DNA of 64,000 bases from a phage. The stretch lies in the NCBI GenBank assembly GCA_031520405.1, contig GCA_031520405.1_4842.1. One strand, 5' to 3'. Positions 59,401-64,000 of this stretch are shown here, piece by piece. The translations under genes and the position numbers were made by a program. Under the pieces are notes generated by a model. The model searched no databases. It saw only the letters and a program-made list of their open reading frames with translations, and was not told where the DNA came from. Each line of letters opens with the position of its first letter. Positions within the stretch are counted from its first letter, which is position 1.

Positions 59401-61271
59401 TCACCACATATACATACACGGACAAAACAACCACGACCATGACTGGTGAACAGATTGTGGAGACGCAAGTTATCCCATACATGCGAGAGATCGATATTTC
59501 TTTCGACGCATCTGGGCTGCGACCTTTCACTCGTATGTATGCGTTCTTCTCTGGTCGTGACGTCAATCTGTATTGCAAACCGAATGGTGGTAATTTCGGT
59601 GACCAAATCACCACTGATGCCAATGGTGCTGTTAAAGGTATATTCCACGTTCCACAGAACGATACAATCAAGTTCAACACAGGCGACAACGTGTTCCGCT
59701 TAACGGATAGCCCTGTTGACAGTAAATCTGCGGATGATACACTGACCAATGCAGAAATTGTTCATAAATCTTTCGGTAAGAAACAAGGTATTCAAAAGAC
59801 CTTTGTCAACACTCGTGTCCTGGGTTACACTGCTAGTACTCGCACCGAAACTTCTACTTCTGAAGTGGTTGTTGATCAATGGCGTGATCCGATTGCCCAA
59901 TCGTTTATGGTGGCGACTAAGAATGGCGGCGAGTATATCGAAGGCGTGGAAGTATTCTTCTCTACCAAGTCACGTGATGTTCCGATCACTCTGGAAATTC
60001 GCGAGATGGAGAATGGCTTACCTTCTCATACAGTCATTACTCGTAAAACTTTGAACCCGTCTGAAGTGACGATCTCTACAGACTCTTCCGGCGGTACGAA
60101 GTTCACCTTTGATTATCCGGTGTATCTGCAAGCATCGACTGAGTTTGCTATCGTTTTGTTGGCGAATACTCAGGATTACAACGCGTATATCGCGGAAATG
60201 GGCAAGAAAAACCTTCTGTCCAACGAATATATCGCCAAACAACCGTATACAGGGGTGTTCTTCACTTCTTCAAACGGTTCTACATGGTCTCCAAACCAAA
60301 TGGCTGATATGAAATTCCGCATATATCGTTGTAACTTCGCTGCGGGACAGAACGTTGTAACATTTGATCCGAAGCTCGGGCCAAAACAACGTCCGTTGGG
60401 ATTGAACACTCTGAACTGCGTAAGCGGGTCTTCTGTTGTGACTGTGTTTGCACCTGGTCATGGTTTGGTTGCTGGGAACAATGTCACTCTTTCTGAATTG
60501 ACAGGCGGTTGTGGCTTTACTCCTGAACAACTTAACAAAACGTTTACTGTGACAGATGCGAGCTATACTTCATTCAAGATTGACGTCGGTACGGCAGCAG
60601 ACAGCAATGGACAAATCGGTGGAGATAATGCTTCTTTCTTGGGCAATTATCTGGTTGATATGTTCTATGCCAGCGTTACCAATTCGGCTCTGGAAGGTTC
60701 AATTCTGAAATTGGAATACCGTTATCGCGATGCCACTTCAAATTCTATGTCTGATTGGGCTGAGTTTGAAACTGACACTGACGTGGCATTGCCGACTGAA
60801 GGTATCTATCGTCAGGTCGGGGATTTCCAAATCCGAGCCACCATGACGCGTAGTGAAAACAACGTGTACACTGCTCCAATGATTGATGGCGATGACCTGA
60901 GCGTAATCTTCAACTCATACGGTGTGGATCCATTTGAAGATGTCTTCAAATACGTGACAAAGGACATCGGATTTGATAATCCGTGTTCTACTGTGAAGTT
61001 GTTCTTTGGTGCAATGCTCCCATCTCAGTCTTCGATGAAGGTGCAGGTGAAACTTCTACGAGCAGGGCAAGAGATGGATAGTGTGGCTTGGGAAGACGTC
61101 ACCCCAACTTCGCCTCTGGTTAACGACGGTTCCACATTCTTTGAATATGAGTATGACAAGACTGTGGCGAGCAATAACCCGTTTGTTGGCCTGAAAGTCC
61201 GAGCGCTTGTACGGGGGAACCGCGTTGCTCCTCCATCATTCAAAGACTTCCGTCTTATTGCTCTGGCATAA
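56433..61271 (+). CDS. large virion structural protein (1612 aa; baseplate/fibre-associated)
   Basis: very long ORF between tailspikes and neck genes, late-promoter box upstream; no confident homolog recalled. Confidence 0.5.
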   Translation: MQSTNLNRRPYWDDWNPGKRFSRILFRPMPIKVQTRELNQMQTILQDQIEKLGNHLFKDGSMVIPGGLTITNAAVSLKFTLAGGTEFTDLEGISELYVLGKDNNAKARVLSLERDLSAPDTMLAILEMTEAGNADGFHVNDNLYFQTYDVNDNFIRIGYGIAAAVTGSIVARMTKGVYFIRGMFLDVDDATLIVDKTSNITSHRIGFKVTETIVTETEDESLYSNAQGTINSKAPGAHRLRIDLVLSRFDYDAVVEDFVELAKVRDGKIQSMVTQSTYNILEDTLAQRTYETNGDYNVSTHQIDIREHLKVNNNGGVFGAADGGDESKFVSVMKPGISYVRGRRIENVGEELVIVDKARDTDVLNNTPVAVATGNYLVTKNSKGVPVISRTVRYKLLNASGVTQATALCISAERNSTEFRLYMRDLVVTGDASTITKVSYEESGITMFSAELESNQFNQSSMIDLIFSLPVFGVKTLAPTGSVDINYTVLRTYKVTLDSSGSGSISAPLGYSFSPEFSLYSAAKSDGSEAQFDISGSLSLTGSPVGSALQISLGSGNANQSINLLALMIRTTATIKTKTITETTETVTFTSQTSRPLANHDGWKLVSVKNDTGADVTSSFVLDGGQRDAGYYKSNLLSSAGAISGTYTVVYQYFAHSSGDFFSADSYTSMDYKDIPNYTSSTSGAVYGLADSLDFRPKITNGTSDTDMVRPNTAVILDTEYYLPRIDAIYLADNGVFGVARGISSNNLASPAIPANAMRLYELLIPPYTPNIDDIQIRTIDNRRYTMRDIGKLETRISNVEYYTSLSQLESSAMTQQVFDPITGNPRFKNGIAADPFKDFRLIDDLSEDWMGSIDTENGRLRPFVQQNVVDMTPVGWNKVMDGMVVCNYTPEISVNQEYATTTINVNPYAVFNWEGFLKINPTTDYWFENYYVSPRIINETINTRGTVQEGSVYGTWRTVSVSDRVWEPHGAGGVWWGYRYRTTVSARDVTTYTYTDKTTTTMTGEQIVETQVIPYMREIDISFDASGLRPFTRMYAFFSGRDVNLYCKPNGGNFGDQITTDANGAVKGIFHVPQNDTIKFNTGDNVFRLTDSPVDSKSADDTLTNAEIVHKSFGKKQGIQKTFVNTRVLGYTASTRTETSTSEVVVDQWRDPIAQSFMVATKNGGEYIEGVEVFFSTKSRDVPITLEIREMENGLPSHTVITRKTLNPSEVTISTDSSGGTKFTFDYPVYLQASTEFAIVLLANTQDYNAYIAEMGKKNLLSNEYIAKQPYTGVFFTSSNGSTWSPNQMADMKFRIYRCNFAAGQNVVTFDPKLGPKQRPLGLNTLNCVSGSSVVTVFAPGHGLVAGNNVTLSELTGGCGFTPEQLNKTFTVTDASYTSFKIDVGTAADSNGQIGGDNASFLGNYLVDMFYASVTNSALEGSILKLEYRYRDATSNSMSDWAEFETDTDVALPTEGIYRQVGDFQIRATMTRSENNVYTAPMIDGDDLSVIFNSYGVDPFEDVFKYVTKDIGFDNPCSTVKLFFGAMLPSQSSMKVQVKLLRAGQEMDSVAWEDVTPTSPLVNDGSTFFEYEYDKTVASNNPFVGLKVRALVRGNRVAPPSFKDFRLIALA

Positions 61272-61323
61272 ATAATGTTGAAAGGTGGGCGTAAAGCCCA
61301 CCAAACCAATAGAGGATAAAGAT

Positions 61324-61572
61324 ATGCGTGGAGTGAAAGTACAGGGGCACGCATCCATGTTGAGAAGCAGTTCTTGCCCTGGCGCGATTATTTGCACCGA
61401 TCACGCCGCTGGCATGGCTGCATTGCAAGCCCGTCAACGCAATGAAACCCGTGAAGCCACCATTGTTGAACAATCAAACCAGATATCTAATCTGGAGGCG
61501 ACAATCAAAATGATGGCCGAAAAGTTGGGGATCGAAATCCCCGAAGGAGGTCAGAATGGCGACGCAAGCTGA
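61324..61572 (+). CDS. hypothetical small protein
   Basis: ATG with AGAGGA SD (track 61285..61572). Confidence 0.3.
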   Translation: MRGVKVQGHASMLRSSSCPGAIICTDHAAGMAALQARQRNETREATIVEQSNQISNLEATIKMMAEKLGIEIPEGGQNGDAS

Positions 61573-61897
61573 AAGAACGGGGCTTGACATCCGTGGTATC
61601 TTAACCGCTGTCGTGGCTTCTGCATTGGTCTCGGCAGCATCGTTCCTTTGGTTCATGGGCGGGATGGAAACGCGCGTGAATGTATTGGAACGAGATTCCA
61701 ACAAGATGGATCAAGTTCTTCAGAAAGTGAATGACATGAGTGAACGTATGGCGATCATGAATACTGACCTCGCATATGTCAAACAAAACATGGCTGAGTT
61801 AAAACTCAATAGCAGCAGTCTTTCAGATGATGTTCGCACACTGCGGATTACTGTATCTGATTTGCAGCAAAAGGGGAATAACAATGGCCGTCAATAA
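61556..61897 (+). CDS. small membrane protein with coiled-coil region
   Basis: AGGAGG SD; N-terminal hydrophobic helix then heptad-like region. Confidence 0.35.
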   Translation: MATQAERTGLDIRGILTAVVASALVSAASFLWFMGGMETRVNVLERDSNKMDQVLQKVNDMSERMAIMNTDLAYVKQNMAELKLNSSSLSDDVRTLRITVSDLQQKGNNNGRQ

Positions 61898-62636
61898 GAT
61901 TCGAGACAAAAAATCTTTTATGAATTATGTCTTGCGTAAATTGGGTGCTCCTGTGATCCAAATTAACCTTGACAGTTCACAAGTCGAAGATGCAGTCGAT
62001 GATGCTCTGCAGAAATTTTGGGAATATCATCGTGATGGTAGCCAAGATGCGTTCTTCCTGTACCAAGTTAAACAAGAAGATATCGACAAGGGATATATAG
62101 AATTTCCCGATGATATTGACGATGTGATTGAAGTTATCCCTGGACCTCCTATTGAGTCAATCGGAAACTGGGCAACTCCTCAATGGCAAATGGCTCAAGC
62201 AATGCTTGTCCCCAAAGCAGCGCTGGTTTCTATTCGTCTCATTGATTATGTTTCCATGCAACAACGCCTGTCGGATATCACAAGCGTCTTAAATGTTCGC
62301 CGTAATTTTGTGTACAAGAAGTTCCAGCGACGCCTTTACCCGCAGTTTGCTGCCATTGTTGATGAAACTCTGGCTTTTCGTTGTTATCAAAATATCGACC
62401 CCGAATCGGAAGAAAACGCTGAAGCATGGAATGATATGTGGTTGAAAGCGTATGCGACTGCATTGGTCAAGCGCCGTTGGGCAGAGGTGCTTAAGAAGGC
62501 AAGAGGCATCCGTCTCCCTGGTGGTATCGAACTGGATGGTGATAGTATGTTCAGTGAGGCCGAGACCGAGATAGAGCGGCTGGAGGAAGAATTGCGTACT
62601 GGTCAGCAATACCCTATCGATTTTATGATGGGATAA
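61884..62636 (+). CDS. neck protein (T4 gp13-like)
   Basis: blocks LRKLGAPVIQINL and LPGGIELDG match T4 gp13; start at ATG after AGGGGAA SD (track 61827). Confidence 0.75.
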   Translation: MAVNKIRDKKSFMNYVLRKLGAPVIQINLDSSQVEDAVDDALQKFWEYHRDGSQDAFFLYQVKQEDIDKGYIEFPDDIDDVIEVIPGPPIESIGNWATPQWQMAQAMLVPKAALVSIRLIDYVSMQQRLSDITSVLNVRRNFVYKKFQRRLYPQFAAIVDETLAFRCYQNIDPESEENAEAWNDMWLKAYATALVKRRWAEVLKKARGIRLPGGIELDGDSMFSEAETEIERLEEELRTGQQYPIDFMMG

Positions 62637-62640
62637 GAGA

Positions 62641-62668
62641 AGGCGGGTTATCCCGCCTTTCTTTTTAT
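62641..62668 (+). terminator. rho-independent terminator
   Basis: hairpin aaggcggg-ttat-cccgcctt followed by tctttttat. Confidence 0.6.
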
Positions 62669-62877
62669 AACTTGATGTCGCGTCCGGAAGGATCTGAATT
62701 TGCTAGAATATAACCATCAACCACGTTCTTTTCGTCCCACCATTCAATAAAATCATTATCCTTTTCGCCTTTGATAAGACCCACAATGTTATATGAACCA
62801 TCGGCGATTTTAGCATCTACACAGATAATTCTCACACGCCTTCCGTCACGAGTTTCTTTAATATCTTCAACCTTCAT
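62665..62877 (-). CDS. hypothetical small protein (opposite strand)
   Basis: 70-aa ORF between gp13 and gp14 on minus strand. Confidence 0.3.
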   Translation of the reverse strand: MKVEDIKETRDGRRVRIICVDAKIADGSYNIVGLIKGEKDNDFIEWWDEKNVVDGYILANSDPSGRDIKL

Positions 62878-62908
62878 TTATCAATTCCTCAAAAGAATTA
62901 ATGATTGA

Positions 62909-62932
62909 CTAAATACCTTCAAAATTGAGGGT
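62909..62932 (+). promoter_or_regulatory. late-promoter-like CTAAATA box plus 5'UTR hairpin
   Basis: gaCTAAATAcc then hairpin accttc...gagggt containing GAGGG SD, ATG at 62939. Confidence 0.4.
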
Positions 62933-62938
62933 AAAGTC

Positions 62939-63580
62939 ATGGCTACTTCAAAATATTTCAACTATACAGCACATCAAGGTACTCAAAAATTAATTGATGA
63001 CTTGGTGGTCGAGATGATACAATTGCGTGGGATTGACGTCAAGTATATCCCACGTTCTATTGTTGAAAAATACCCAATTTTAAACGAGGCCGAACACAAA
63101 TTCGACCAAGCGTTTGACATCGAAGTGTATATGCAGGATTATCAAGGCTTCAACACACAGATGTGGGAAAAGTTCGGCGGTATCCAATTACAAGATGAAG
63201 TGACCTTCACTATTGCTCGTCGTCGTTTTTCAGAAGTTATTGGTAATGGTCCAGGCCTTGAACAAATGCCTCAAGAAGGTGATTTGATATATCTGCCTAT
63301 GGCTAACAAAATATTTAAAGTGAATAACCCGAACAACGATGAAGAATTCATGCAATTTGGGAAATGGTACACATATTCCCTACCATGTACGTTGTTCCAA
63401 TACGGTAACGAAGATTTCGATACAGGTGTATCTGAAATAGACGATATCGATAAACGGTTGCAGGATCTGGAAGGAGACGGTGTGTACAAAGACGCCAGCC
63501 TGCAAACGGATAACCAATTTGCGGACGAAATAGAGAAAGATCTTTCGCCCAATAAAATGAAGATAGACTTCGGGGAATAA
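62939..63580 (+). CDS. neck protein (T4 gp14-like)
   Basis: blocks LIDDLVVEMIQLRGIDVKYIPR and PQEGDLIYLPMANKIFKV match T4 gp14. Confidence 0.7.
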   Translation: MATSKYFNYTAHQGTQKLIDDLVVEMIQLRGIDVKYIPRSIVEKYPILNEAEHKFDQAFDIEVYMQDYQGFNTQMWEKFGGIQLQDEVTFTIARRRFSEVIGNGPGLEQMPQEGDLIYLPMANKIFKVNNPNNDEEFMQFGKWYTYSLPCTLFQYGNEDFDTGVSEIDDIDKRLQDLEGDGVYKDASLQTDNQFADEIEKDLSPNKMKIDFGE

Positions 63581-63582
63581 TC

Positions 63583-64000
63583 ATGGCCAGACCATTTGAA
63601 AAATATTTCTACCATGAATCGTTGTTGAAATATATCCATGTTTTCAACGCTATCATGTCGGATTTAAAAGTCAAAACCGAACGTGGCTTGATGGAAATCC
63701 CGCTGCATATGGCCATTGGCCGCCGTAATGACCTCAACAGGAACGTGCCAGCCAATATGCTGCCATTTGCAACAATGTCCTTTGGTCAGTTCGAAATCAA
63801 TAAACAGGTGACCAAGTCGTATCATAATCAGATATCGACTGCAACTGCGCGGTCCAAACAACGAATTCCGATCATTATAGATTTTGAATATAACATCAGA
63901 ACGAAGAAACTGGTCGAAATGCTACAGGTGTTGGAACAAATTTATTCTGTGTTCACTCCTTCTGTTGACTGTCAGATAAAGGACAACGACACTTTATCTC
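63583..64000 (+). CDS. tail completion/sheath stabiliser (T4 gp15-like), 3'-truncated by window end
   Basis: ATG with GGGG SD 2 nt after gp14 stop; open to window end; gene order 13-14-15 as in T4. Confidence 0.5.
   Translation, partial: MARPFEKYFYHESLLKYIHVFNAIMSDLKVKTERGLMEIPLHMAIGRRNDLNRNVPANMLPFATMSFGQFEINKQVTKSYHNQISTATARSKQRIPIIIDFEYNIRTKKLVEMLQVLEQIYSVFTPSVDCQIKDNDTLS

Overview
This window reads as part of a large virulent myovirus genome of the T4 superfamily, most consistent with an Ackermannviridae (ViI/CBA120-like) phage; that assignment is from remembered protein motifs, not a database search. Layout: (1) 1-31.0 kb, a dense minus-strand early/replication block with rIIA and rIIB, both topoisomerase II subunits, a family-B DNA polymerase, nucleotide- and DNA-modification-type enzymes (QueC-like PP-loop enzyme, P-loop kinase, HAD hydrolase, macro domain, DnaQ-like exonuclease) and many small ORFs; (2) 31.0-33.5 kb, a short plus-strand block, followed by more minus-strand genes including a PLP-dependent enzyme and a possible ADP-ribosyltransferase; (3) 37.3-41.5 kb, an ORF-poor region on the minus strand carrying three confident tRNAs (Ser-GCU, Asn-GUU, Met-CAU), one or more doubtful tRNAs and several tRNA-like fragments; (4) 42.4-64 kb, a plus-strand late structural module: gp6-like baseplate wedge, a repeat-containing tail fibre, four consecutive tailspike genes sharing an N-terminal module, a 1612-aa structural protein and neck genes gp13/gp14/gp15 (gp15 truncated by the window end). 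Two recurrent regulatory architectures stand out: a late-promoter-like CTAAATA/TATAAATA box followed by a 5'UTR hairpin that buries the Shine-Dalgarno sequence, and an early-region TTCAATAAA box placed 11 nt from a -10 hexamer that sits in the loop of a GC hairpin. CDS coordinates follow the supplied ORF track except where a start was re-chosen from SD/ATG context; some track ORFs begin with non-ATG starts. Hand-indexed regulatory coordinates may be off by 1-2 nt.
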